A stretch of DNA of 63,688 bases, filler included, from Asterionella formosa (lineage: Eukaryota), in assembly GCA_002256025.1 (NCBI GenBank). It is 13 parts of 13 records of this genome, joined end to end, with 100 filler letters (N's around TTAATTAATTAA, not from the genome) between each part and the next. Parts side by side here need not be neighbours in the genome. Positions count along the whole stretch, not along the records: positions 1 to 4,814 come from NKIB01013345.1; positions 4,915 to 9,728 come from NKIB01013346.1; positions 9,829 to 14,640 come from NKIB01013347.1; 10 more parts are not named here. One strand, 5' to 3'. The position numbers and the translations under genes were made by a program. Under the pieces are notes generated by a model. The model ran no database searches, had not been told where the DNA came from, and saw nothing but the letters and a program-made list of their open reading frames with translations. Of this stretch, positions 1 through 11,949 are shown piece by piece; position 1 is the stretch's first letter; the number at the start of each line of letters is the position of its first letter.

Positions 1-59
1 TACTAGAGATGAATTCAATTCTATTCTCTTGATAACAAGGGTTTGATTCTTTGAGAATG

Positions 60-1169
60 GCAAGAAAAATCAGCAGGCCATGCATTTCCAAAGGTACATT
101 CCACCTCTTTTCTAAGTGACTCCAGCCATTCAGACCATCAAGTTCTAGTGTAGTTTCTGGGGGGTTTTGTTGGAGGAACTGTTGTAGACCATTTTAAATA
201 TCCACTTTCAACTGTCAAAAAGCATCCACTAAACTTTATGGATAAAACTGCTCCATTCCGATCATTTTCTTTAAGCTCAAACTCCACTTATTTTAAGGCG
301 TCTTCACCATTCTGGATGCCTTGAGCCAAAGTATTCAAGTTTATACCATCAACAAGGATGCCCCATGGTGCTGGACATGATTCTCCAGCGATGATTCACA
401 GTAGCGTTATAATTCCCGCATGGCTGCTGTGCAAGGAAGTTTTGAATAAATATGCACATTCTGAAGTCAAGTGAAGCATCACTCTATTAACACATGATGG
501 CTAGCATCTGTGGACCTAAGATATCCAGGGAAACCTGCCTGCTGTGCTTCCGATGGGTTTGTAAGAGTTCTAACATATTTTTGTAAAGGATAGTACTTCC
601 AAATTCATTGAACAAGGCAGGGAAAAATTGCCTGTGGGTCTCTTGACCAATGTCAGTGTTCTCCTCAATGTCATCAAAAGTCCATCCTCTCCCAATTTAC
701 TTAAATGCTCCTAAAATCATAGGTTCAAGGGGTAATGACGCCCTTCCTGTTGCATCAGGTCAAGTGCTTGTTGTCTGCCACACACCCCAGAACCCTAGGG
801 ACTACTTAAGCAAAGCAGGTGGAAAATGTGGGAATCGAACTCACCCTAGGAAGGTGAACTAACCAACTAAGCAATTCCCCCAGCACCACCAGTGTATATA
901 TATGATGTGCTTTAAGTGATTCCACAATGATAATAATTGTGTTTCTAGTGATTATATTTAAAGTAGTCAATAAGGATTGCTATGTTTAGGTGGAAAAAAG
1001 TTTCCCAGCTAATGTAATGCATATGGGTAAGTTATTGGGATATGGGCACGGAATCCCCTAAACGTAATGCGTTTGCATTGGGCTTTTCACTCCGAAGAGC
1101 ATTTTTAAATGTGTTACCAAAACCAAAACCCTTTTTGGTTGTCATTTTGGACGATTGCTAGCAACGGCC
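60..1169 (-). mobile_element. Degenerate, internally deleted PIF/Harbinger copy (transposase remnant plus 5' terminus)
   Basis: About 90-760 aligns by eye with 61590-62280 (shared aaaggtacattccac, tctaagtgactccagccatt, ctcctcaatgtcatcaaaagtccatcctctccc). About 920-1169 aligns with 62790-63042 and ends gcaacggcc|tta. Many indels and stops. Confidence 0.85.
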
Positions 1170-3404
1170 TTACAAGTAGCCAATAAAAAAATTCTCTACA
1201 TAATACTTAGTATTTTTATGTATACCGGTACATATATGTAGGTTATTACAATTTTAGTCGCAAGATGCCGGAGTGATCAAATATTGGTGACTACGTACCA
1301 GATATCAGTTTTGTTTACCGGTAGATGAAATCCTGTGCCTGGTACCATACTGATGGTGAAATACGATACGAGGTGACGCTGCCATTTCTAGCTTGCAATT
1401 GCATTAAAGGACGGTACTACAGAGTACGAGCCAACGCATAACTAAAGGCGAGCGGCAAGGCATCTGTTCTGCAACTTTTTCAGATGGCGCTGGGACACTA
1501 GCAACCACCAATATCAGATGATACTTTTCAAGTTTCCAAAGAAAACCGTTCTACCGGTATGCTGTTGGACTATACTAAGAATACTGGTATGCACCTATGA
1601 TACGTACATAGATAAAGAATTCGAGACCAAGCAGGTGGTACCCTGGTACCAATTCCAGGTACTCGGCATCATAATGTGTTTTGTTCCTCTCTCGTTTCTC
1701 ATTTATATGTACAGTGAATCTTCAAGGACCCCGAAATACCGTGAATCTTTTGTTCGTACACTATAAACTGTCCAGAACTTATTGGTGGACTTGACCACAG
1801 TGAATTAAAACTCACTATATGCATAATCCTTCTGCTTTTAGAATCGGGTACTCTAATGTCAAGATGTGATCGATGAAGTGAATTTGACTAATCACGAATA
1901 GACTGATTGCCAATGCAGGTATGCTGATCGCACTCCTTTCTAGGATTTTCAGTTTCCGTAAAAATAGTGCTTGAATAGAATAGCTTGCTAACTAATACGC
2001 TTCAGATGAAAATGTAGCCAACTAGTTTAAAATCCATCAATCGTTTTGTCGAGCACTTAGAAATGTAAATGGTGAAAAATAAAATGTACATTTCTGATTT
2101 GATTTGAAAAGATATAGTTCGAGCGCATGCCGAATGTGGCTTTCTTCTATAGCCAAGTACTATCGAGAACACTGGTGTCAATCATTATTTGTGTGTAACA
2201 CACACTCACACATGACGCTCGACGACTCTATATGCATGAAACACGAATAGGAAACAGTAATCAAAGAACGCTTCACCATGAGTACATTACTCGGCTGCTT
2301 TCTTCGGAGCAACAGGCGGCGTCGGTGGAAGTGATGGCGGTGACGGCAGGTTCTTTAATACGTGTTCCTTTTTCGTCGCCAATTCTCGTTGATGACGCAA
2401 AAGGTCCCGTTTGTCCCGCACTAAGCTCATGGATTGAAACATGATTCTGTTCTTGGATCGCTGAACAACGGGAGTGGTTTTCAAGAATGACTTTTGATTG
2501 CGTTCACAAGAAATTGTAGTTTTGTTCTAATGGAGTGAATGATTCTTGTGATTGCTTGGGCGACAGGGGTCGTGGGTTTGATTATTTTCTTGATTGAAAT
2601 TGTGACATCGCTGACAAGAAACTGTCAATGGATCATTGTGGGCTTCGCGAGAAACAGTCGTGCATCGTTGGTGTAGACCAAACGAACCGCTGGGAGTACA
2701 TGTACATACTATATGTCGGGTTGTTCAGGCGCGTCATTTCCGGCTATTCATACATGAGGTTCCTGAAATGATGGCATCATTCAGAAAATGCACCTTGGAG
2801 TTCTCATATGACGTCGAATCCTGGCGCTGACGTAGTATGTAGGAGCAGAAATTTAGGTTGAGCTTTTAAATAATGGCGGAGTTGGAGCCTCCCTTATTTA
2901 TTTGCTCACATGACGATTACGACACACAAGAGGCAAGCAATGCATATATATGTAAGGGTAGTGGTATCCAGTTTTGAAATGGTCCGTACTCCTTCCCGCG
3001 GGCTGGGTCTCTCTTCACGTAGACTCTTACGTGCTAATAGTACTACCTAGTACCACTTACTTTCTCTCTTGTCTCTGCTTCTAGCCTTCCTGCTAGATAG
3101 ACTGATTGACCTTCCTGTCAATTAACACACTGTTACCTTGGTTGAAAATCTAAAACTCAAATATAATTATAAGCTAAACTAAATGTTTCCTTTCCATGTA
3201 TCTTTGCTTCCCGCAAAGACATTCTAAGACTCTCTTCGAGTTTCCACTTAACATTTCAATAGAAATCTTCAATCTTTGATCTCGTTAGACAGCTGATTGA
3301 CGTGGCAATGCAATATTTGACTCGTTCAATTACAATCGAGTCCACAATCCTTGTGACTCCGGCTAATATTCTTGACAATCCTGGTGGTAAACAAAGTCAC
3401 CACT

Positions 3405-3530
3405 CGGATGTGGGTACCTGCAAGTTGCGGTCATTTTGCTTAAACTTACATTTTAATCTTGGATAAACGGATGTGAGTACCTGCAAGTTGCGGTCATTTT
3501 GCTTAAACTTACATTTTAATCTTGGATAAA
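3405..3530. repeat. 63-bp tandem duplication containing the left half of the MITE
   Basis: cggatgtg.gtacctgcaagttg...cttggataaa at 3405-3467 and 3468-3530, one mismatch. Confidence 0.95.
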
Positions 3531-3568
3531 GATAGCTAACTCTCAGCAAAATGACCGCAACTTGCTGG
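3480..3568. mobile_element. 89-bp TA-flanked MITE-like element with 24-bp terminal inverted repeats
   Basis: TA|CCTGCAAGTTGCGGTCATTTTGCT ... AGCAAAATGACCGCAACTTGCTGG|TA with one mismatch. Related copies at 7838-7927 and 9141-9229. Confidence 0.75.
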
Positions 3569-4914
3569 TACCTAATCTGTACTGTGCCCGCCGGTCTTAA
3601 ATTCAAGATATAGCAGTATGTAGGTGTTCATACAAGGTATGTTTTTGTCATCATAAACAAGTCAAATGTAGGCAGGAACATTTTGCCTCCATATTTTATT
3701 GTGAGTAATAAACTAGAAATCGATTTACAATCGATTCCACTTATTTCAGATCAGTTATATCTTGGATCTTTGGCCCAAATTTTCACATAGGTACTAGATT
3801 ACCAAGCAATGATAATGATCTGTACTTGATCATTTAATCATTCTTTTACTTCATCCCATAACATTTATAGAATAATGTTTTGAAGCTAATATTATGATTG
3901 GCTTGTAATGACGACTGATCCATCACCTCAGTGACAGTAGTAGTAGCTAGTTGCATCATTGAATGATGGACTTTTACAGCTAGTAGCTATCCTGGATGCA
4001 TTGGTTCGATATATTCTTCTGTTTCAAATCACCATTTAGTTTTTGCCAGTTGCAAAGTAATACTGTCATTAATGTACCCACCAATTGATTCTGAAATCAG
4101 CAATATCCCCAGCCATTCTCATCTTCTCTGCCATTGACAAGAATGGTGTCTGCTGTGTTATCTTCATTCCTAAAGTCTCACCAGAGGGACTCCATTTGCA
4201 TTTGATTTTTACAATTTTGCATGTAGCTGTCAATGGTAAATGTATCAATGATAGCTACTAGTAGTGTGTTAACTTATTTACAGTACAATTTATTATAACC
4301 CACATCTTGACTCATCTTGCCTTGTATGCAAAAAGATAGCTCATTCTTCGGATGGAAATGTAACTTTGTCAAAAGTGAAGAATTTCTGGTAAGAATTTTT
4401 GGAGATTCATATTAATGTGGCTGGTTTCAGTGAAGGTGATCAAGAAATGCTTACCAGAAATTCCATACTTGTGAGCAAGTTACATTGTTTTCATGGTAGT
4501 ACCAGAATGTTACCCTCTTTTCATTTGTTGGGTCAACACCAGACAACGATTTCGAGGATTTGCAGGCAACTAGTCTGGATGCCAAACTGTGTGTGCTGTC
4601 AATGCTGGCACCTGCTTCCATATTCTTAGCTATTATCCTTTCTGCAGCACATGACAAAAGTGCTCCTTGTCCACAAGGTGGTTGATAAAAGATGCCTTTT
4701 TTTCGTGTATACAGCCATATGCCGGTATATATATTTTTATATTTTTATATTATTTATAAATAGAAATTGATGTATACACGAATAATATCTTCGCATCGCA
4801 TCCCCCATCACCAANNNNNNNNNNNNNNNNNNNNNNNNNNNNNNNNNNNNNNNNNNNNTTAATTAATTAANNNNNNNNNNNNNNNNNNNNNNNNNNNNNN
4901 NNNNNNNNNNNNNN

Positions 4915-5918
4915 TTTTTTTTCAGAACACACCATTTTGTCTGAAGAAGACCAAATGCCATTTCTATTCTTATCCTTAGCTGTGAAAGGAAAAAGTTAAA
5001 TGTATCCTGTGTTGGATCATCACGTTGTGAGCCAACAAAGGGAACAAGCATTACATCAGACAATGTGTAAGCTGCATCGCCGACCAGATAAAAACCTGTG
5101 TTGAATGCTGCAACTTGATCGAAAATGGAAGTTTTTTCAAAAGCTACTTGGTCACTGCATTTTCCCGGTGCAATTACACCAAAATAAATAAATCTTGAGT
5201 CAGCATCACAAACAGCCTGGACATTGATTCCATAAGTCATGTAGTGACCGGAAAAAAATGAACCAGGGTTGTTGCCACTTTCAACTATAGTCGGGCGGTT
5301 GATGGTGGCAAGGAAGCCGTCAATAGCACCAACACATCCTCTCATCACGCCCTCTGAGCTTTTGCATTCAAAGCTGGAAGCCAATTTGATAAATTCTTCT
5401 TTTTCTTTTGGAAAAATAATTTCGAGTTCTTCACAGTTTAGTACAGCATCAATGAACAAATCACGACATCGATAAAGTGAAGCAATGCTACAACCGTAGG
5501 CATGACGAATGTCGATGTAACTGCCACCAGCCAGCCATCGCAAACCAATGGCTACCACAATTTCGGGAATTATGGGCTCAGAAGTGCCACATTTGGAATA
5601 ATTCCCTGCAATCTGAATTTCCAGCATGGAGGTGAGTTTTTTGAATGCTCTGTGTGACATTCTGTATGTCTTCTCGAAAGCAATCTCGTGATTGAGTTTC
5701 TCGACATGTGATTGCCAGGAGATTCTTTCGTGGTGCCACTTGTGCCTTCGTTGTCGTCGTCGTTCAGATGACTGAAGCTGCCGTTTACAGCGTCGCCTTT
5801 GTCGTTTGGATGAGTATTCTTTTTCCTCTGCTTCCTTAGTTAAATGACAGAGGAAGAAGAAATCAAGATCACTACTGTCATCGTCATTATCATCAAGTAA
5901 ATCAAATGGCGACGACAT
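4915..5918 (-). CDS. PIF/Harbinger (HARBI1-like, DDE_Tnp_4) transposase, 3' end cut by the contig edge
   Basis: Open frame with YRMS, LRWLAGGSY, GCVGAIDG, INVQAVCD, LVGDAAY and RIRIEMAFGLL (DDE triad present). A candidate terminus TAA|GGGTCGTTCTTATC (minus strand) ends at 6212. Confidence 0.93.
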
Positions 5919-6240
5919 GATTCATGCAAATGTGTGTTTTTAATTTTATATTTAGTTTCCCGGTAATTATATTTTGTTGTTGCTTGATATCAAGACCATC
6001 ATTATATTCTGGAGGGATATACACATGATCTTCGCCAGCCTGTTGCCGTTGAAGATTCATTTTACTCCATGATACAATGTGATCACAAATTAGTGATACA
6101 GTGACACTTTTGGAATGAATGAAATTCAGTTCAAATCGAGTTACCGTTGCTGATACATTTTCAAAAAAATTCAAATTCCGTGATACACGAAAAAAAATGA
6201 TAAGAACGACCCTTAGATATACCAAAGTCACTACCTAATC

Positions 6241-6463
6241 CTATCCCTATCATGGGCATGATTCAAATTCAAATCAATCGTACACGTAGCACGTTTACAT
6301 ACAAATATCTGTGCCACATACGGGTATATAGGTATCACTATGATGGACATGATTTAAATTCAAATCAATCGTATACTGGTATCTACATTTACATGAAAAC
6401 ATATGTGTGCTGCATATATAGGTATCGCTATGATGGGCATGATTTAAATTCAAATCAATCGTT
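6241..6463. repeat. Degenerate ~90-bp tandem repeat, about 2.5 units
   Basis: Core atgg.catgatt.aaattcaaatcaatcgt recurs near 6252, 6343 and 6433. The intervening parts also resemble each other. Confidence 0.85.
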
Positions 6464-7477
6464 ACAGGAGAAAAACACGGTTTGACCCCACCAAATGCCA
6501 ATATGTTAATTTTAAAACTTTGACCCAAATCCTGACCATCTACGCTTTAAGGATGTGCCATTAGATATAAGTTTATAGCAATTTGTCTCTCCTAAAATAT
6601 TGGTTGAAAAGTGCAATCGACGAAAATATTGCAAGAACACGGATTACCCCATGTTTTAAGGATTCATTGTTTTGTGATATACGCAACTAAATACAAAAAT
6701 ATCGCATGCGATTTATTTTGCATATGATTCTTGTCATTAACGTATCCCTATCCCCTGACGGTACTTAAACTTCAGCATGCATAATCGGGCGCCCCAAGGT
6801 CGACCCACATACCATCAGCCCCCGTACAACAATTCGAAGAAAGTGTGTACCGATACCGGTACATAACTGTATGTGTTGACGGCTGAATGCATTTGTGAGT
6901 GATTGTGATGTACCGGCTTGTTCCGGTGGTACCCTGGTACAGCAGGTACTCGGATAAATCTGGATACGAAAATTCTTCTTAAAATTTTTTTGCGAAAACC
7001 AAACTGGGTAATCCGTAATCGCAATGGTATATAAAATTATATTCAACTATAGATAAAAATTTAAGTACGGCTGTGACCCATTACCGGCAAATTTTGACCA
7101 CATAAAAGGGTTCGTATCTCAATACCTCGACTTTCAATGAGAATATCGACAGATCCACAACCTGCTGACTCCTTTGGTTAACAAGACATGCAAGTTTGAT
7201 TCTCGCAAGACATGGAATAGGTTTAGTCGAACTAATCAAACGAATAGGAGAACTCATTGGGTCACAGCAGTTCTTTACTGGTACCAGGTACTAAATCACA
7301 GGTATAGTGCATTCATTCACAAAACAATTTTGTTGCTATCATGTGCATATCCCATGTTTTAGTGCGTGGTTTGGCTGGTTTTGAGATACTGCCGAGTACC
7401 GGTAGGGAGTGATCTATATACACTACCAGATACTCGTAGTTAAACTTACACATATCTTTGGTGTATACCGGTAGAAC

Positions 7478-7547
7478 TACCTGGTACCAGGTACCAGGTA
7501 CCAGGTACCAGGTACCAGGTACCAGGTACCAGGTACCAGGTACCAGG
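7478..7547. repeat. Heptamer array: TA-CCTGG-TA followed by (CCAGGTA)x8
   Basis: Read directly. Shorter arrays of the same unit occur near 9237, 15160, 16590, 24158, 29663 and 62701. Confidence 0.97.
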
Positions 7548-7837
7548 AACATGTATCCATATTCATGTTGAAACCTTGCGCACTACGAATGCATCCACTT
7601 AGGTACATGGTAACATGTAGTCTACCGACACAAGACATAATACATGTAGACAATATCACAAAATTAACTTCGGGTACACTCCTATATACTGTATTTATTT
7701 TATGTACAGTTATATTGTTTGATTACCGATTACCGGCACCGGTCTGCATGTTCGGACAAATATTCGCATTATTCGGACTTTTCCGGAACTCCCTGATGCA
7801 CATATTGAGTTCTACTGGTACCGGTACCAGGGTATCA

Positions 7838-7927
7838 GCACGTTGCGGTAATTTTGCTTAAACTAAAAATTTAATATGGGATAAAGATAGCTAAACTTTT
7901 AGTTTCAGCAAAATTACCGCAACTTGC
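7838..7927. mobile_element. Second copy of the ~90-bp MITE
   Basis: GCACGTTGCGGTAATTTTGCT ... AGCAAAATTACCGCAACTTGC, with the shared internal ggataaagatagctaa. Confidence 0.75.
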
Positions 7928-8083
7928 AAAGGTACCTGTACAGTATTCCATCATGACAGCACCATCATCACCAATTGTATTATTCGGTGCCACCGCAAAT
8001 CAACCTTGTCTCGTTGTTTGTATTGGTTTCATCCTTATCGTTCCATTTCATTTCATCTGATAACTGCAACAACAACAACTAAA

Positions 8084-8594
8084 ATGCCAGTCAGGCTACG
8101 ATTGCAAAGGTTCGGAAGAAAGAAAATGCCATTCTATCGAATGGTAGCAGCAGATGCACGAGCTCCAAGGGATGGTAAATTTTTAGAAGTGGTGAGTTTT
8201 TGTCAACCTACAATGACGACTAGGAACTCCCTGTTTATAGTGCAGTGCAATAATGAATGCGATGGACAGCTCTGTATAGTGCAAGAATTGATGTAGCAAT
8301 TGTTTGTATATTTGTTCCTACACTGACTAATGCTGTTACTATTATAACTATATACTATATATAATGTGAAACAAACAGGTCGGCACATACAATCCAAAAC
8401 CAAACTCATCGGGAATTAAAGAAATTCGGCTCAAAGCAGATCGATTGAAATATTGGATATCAGTTGGTGCACAACCATCAGATCGGGTTCAATGGATATT
8501 GGGCAAATTTGGGATATTACCACCACCCCCTCCCAAGTATTCACCACAAGATATGATTCCAAAAAAGGATCAAGAAGGAGCAACAAAGAAATAA
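8084..8594 (+). CDS. rps16: Ribosomal protein bS16, probably mitochondrial; join(8084..8191,8379..8594), 107 aa
   Basis: Exon 1 is [43 protein letters not shown]...CAG intron spans 8192-8378. Exon 2 is VGTYNP...[33 protein letters not shown]...KK*. There is no bipartite plastid presequence. Confidence 0.95.
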
Positions 8595-9140
8595 TGAATG
8601 TTGTCATCAATACCAAACTACTTTATTATTAGCCTAAAATGAATGGACACAGTCTCACAGACATACATTAGAATGTTTCACATCATTTTCCTTTTGCATG
8701 TAATGATGCATCTGGCATTTGCATCTGTGGAATAGAAAATCTAAAAAACTACTTTACTAACATACACCAACATCGATGTGGTCCCCTTCTTGAGAACTGG
8801 TAGACATGGCTAGTAATTGAATATAACTATAATACATTATAAATACCAACACCAGCTATTGTACTTGATAGTTTATCAGTGACCATCCTTTATTGTATAC
8901 TAGTTCACATCAACCGAAAGAGGCGAGCAGCTTTATAGCATCTACCCCATTCACCTATGCTACGTAGGATGATTACATCAGGGCAATCCATTGCTTTGTA
9001 CATGAACTGTAAATACTAATACTGGACGCAGCCAGAGTGCTTATTCTGTACCGCGGGATTCTTTTGTTGCTTTGCGTGAATAAAAATACCGGTATACTTG
9101 TTGGCTGATGTAAAAGTCTACGGGGTATACTTACACCTTC

Positions 9141-9229
9141 CAAGTTGCTGTAATTTTGCTGAACCAAAGTTTTAGCTATTTTTATCCCAGATTATATTGT
9201 TGATTTACTCAGCAAAATGACCGCAACTT
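9141..9229. mobile_element. Third, inverted copy of the ~90-bp MITE
   Basis: CAAGTTGCTGTAATTTTGCT ... AGCAAAATGACCGCAACTT. The internal ttagctatttttatccc is the reverse complement of the interior of the other copies. Confidence 0.7.
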
Positions 9230-9828
9230 TCTGGCGTACCTGGTACCTGGTACTGGTAACGGTACTAATAATAGGCTCTACTCTCACATAGTAATGAACC
9301 TGTATACCGGTAGATATGTGAACATGTGCATATTTCTATGCACACTTCATTGTGCATCTAGTAAGGAGACGAATGTTGAAATAATAAAATTAATGATGTG
9401 GGTTCGTTTTTCGTACTACCGGTGTAGTTATGAATAGCCGGTATGTAATGATGTTAATAAATGAATATAATTTAATGATTGGGGAAAAGGAGTGGTCGTG
9501 TCGTACACCATACGTTTTCGAGTATACACGGTAATATTTTTTTGAGCGAACATTTCTCAAATTAGAAATATACATTGTACATTCCTCTCACTTTTTCCGC
9601 TAAACCGCTCATCACTTGACGACCACGATGATTTTCTCCCTGGCCCGTCTCGTTCTTCCAGCATTAATTCTATTTGCTAATGGGATCGTTTCCAAGCAAG
9701 CATTATGCTCGCTTTGTGCGGACGGGTCNNNNNNNNNNNNNNNNNNNNNNNNNNNNNNNNNNNNNNNNNNNNTTAATTAATTAANNNNNNNNNNNNNNNN
9801 NNNNNNNNNNNNNNNNNNNNNNNNNNNN

Positions 9829-11032
9829 ATCGTAGTGATACCTCCTGCTTCAGCAATCGTCACTCTGTTCTTGTCATTATTCGTAGCTAAGCACCAAAGT
9901 GCTCCACAACCATTTTCTTGCACAGTAGCATTTGAGGAATGAGTCTTCATTGCAGACAGAATCATAGTGATACCTCCTGCTTCAGCAATCGTCACCTGGT
10001 TGTTGTCATTATTACTAGCCAAGTTCCTAAGTGCTCCACAACCATTTTCTTGCACCTCAGCATTGGAGGAATGAGTCTTCATTGCAGACAGAATCGTAAT
10101 AACTTGATTTGACTTCTTGTCTTCAAAAGATTCAATCAGATTCTTTATACGTTCATTGTCTTCTTGCGTCTTTGACATTAGCTTGACTAGATTCTTATGT
10201 ACAATGTGCTCATTGTCTCCTTTTGTATTGGTGCCTTCCTGTTGTTGATTAGCTAAAAACCTATCTTCGACAATGGGATCAGTGGGATTGTTACTGCTTG
10301 GCATTGGAGTGGATGGGGAAGAAGATTGTGCTGCATTTGTTGTTGTTGTTGATAATGTTGGCTGAGTTCCATCAACCATTTTTTGAATATCACTTAGTAA
10401 ATTACTATCAATTGAATTATCTCCGAGATCAAGTGTAGTCAAGACAGTATTGACCTTGAGAGACTCTGCAATGGCCTTGGCTCCGTCATTACCAATTGAA
10501 TTATTATAGAGATAAAGTTTAGTCAAGACAGTATTGACCTTGAGACCTTCTGCAATGGCCTTGGCTCCGTCATTACCAATTGAATTATTATAGAGATAAA
10601 GTTTAGTCAAGACAGTTTTGACCTTGAGAGCTTCTGCAATGGACTTGGCGCCCTTAACACCAATTGAATTACCTCCGAGATGAAGTTCAGTCAAGAAAGT
10701 ATTGACCTTGAGAGCCTCTGCAATGGCCTTGGCTCCGTCATATCCAATTGAATTACTAAAGAGAATAAGTTCAGTCAAGACAGTATTGACCTTGAGAGCC
10801 TCTGCAATGGCCTTGGCTCCATCAACACCAATTGAGTTACTATGGAGAGAAAGTACAGTCAAGACAGTATTGACCTTGAGAGACTCTGCAATGGCCTTGG
10901 CTCCGTCATCATCAATTGAATTACGGTACCAAAGAGATCAAGTTCAGTCAAACTTGGATCATTCGCTTTCAACCGTTTGACATATCTTTCCAATTTTGTT
11001 TCTGTCTTCTTTCGAACTGTTCTTCGAAACAT
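9829..11032 (-). pseudogene. RI/NLRC3-like LRR plus armadillo-repeat protein, frameshifted near the 5' end and 3'-truncated by the contig edge
   Basis: The ATG at 11032 gives MFRRTVRKKTETKLERYVKRLKANDPSLTELDLFG. A 5-nt insertion at 10924-10928 then shifts the frame before six 28-aa LRRs (NSIGxDGAKAIAEALKVNTVLT), an S/T/P linker and ~43-aa ARM repeats (AEAGGIT.ILSAMKTHSSNA.VQENGCGAL). Confidence 0.85.
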
Positions 11033-11949
11033 TATCAATGTCGTCTTGAATGTAATGAGAGTTGTCTATTGTTTTTTCGAGCGACTTCTTTGTTTGGTTC
11101 TTGTTCGTGTCTCGTCGTCGTTGTCGTTGTCGTGATTGAATTCTGCCAAAATTGTATCACTTGTCGTAGAATTCTACGATGCAACTCATTATTGCTCCTG
11201 CATGATAGATGGAAAATGCCGGAAATTTTGTCCACCCTCATAAAATCGGTACCAATATGTAGTACATATAGCTACATATGATGCATGATGATGATCGTAT
11301 GCACACGATTGGACTACCCGTATGTATGCGATTGGACTACGGGGTAATGTTGAAAGGGCTTATATGTACCTGTTGGTATACCGGTATGTAAAAATAACAT
11401 TTATTTGCGTGTGTGTCGTATCATGTCGCTCGTGTTTGTAATTCTTGACTATTGTCCATCATAGTACTAACGTAGTCTACCCGAATTAATTTCACTACCA
11501 ACTGTAATCGTTGAGTTCTACATGAAATCATCACCATGATGATGCCGGAACTTTTGTCCATCATGAAATATGTTTGTATATATGCCCTGCATTGTATATA
11601 CACCATTACACTATACTTGTGTTCCAAAATACAAATTAAATACAAATAATTTTCTCCACAATTGGCAGCATCACAAGCAAAGAAAAACAACTAAGCAATA
11701 TACATTGGATCTGCTAATTGACGCATTCCACATGCTACAAAGGGACCCGCTCTAGGGTCCACCCTTGGACATCCAATCAAATATCTTGTCCAGCAGATTC
11801 TTGTCACCAACATGACCTATTCTAGATTTGAGCATGGTGATGCTGCTTCATTTGAAGTAGCTAGTAATTGTTTCACTGCAACATCGGTTTGGTCAACAGA
11901 ACTACGCTGTTGATTTTCATAAGTTATTAAAAGATCCTGGCAGTCTTCG

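Noticed and set aside
4859..4870. TTAATTAATTAA palindrome recurring about every 4.9 kb
   Set aside because: It is an artificial six-frame-stop linker embedded in Ns.
6241..6463. Repeat-spacer pattern next to a transposase, suggesting a CRISPR or guide array
   Set aside because: The spacers resemble each other and the repeats are degenerate, so this is an ordinary minisatellite.
7487..7547. Telomeric repeat or bacterial Dcm/KpnI site array
   Set aside because: The array is internal, occurs in both orientations, and is unlike the TTAGGG-type telomeres known from diatoms. Nothing else indicates bacterial origin.
7313..7659. ORFs with repeated LVPGTWY peptides
   Set aside because: They are translations of the (CCAGGTA)n DNA repeat, with no other coding evidence.
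8006..8296. rps16 as a bacterial or organellar gene, or as the 96-aa ORF in the track
   Set aside because: A spliceosomal intron completes the S16 domain, so the gene is nuclear and the track ORF runs into the intron.
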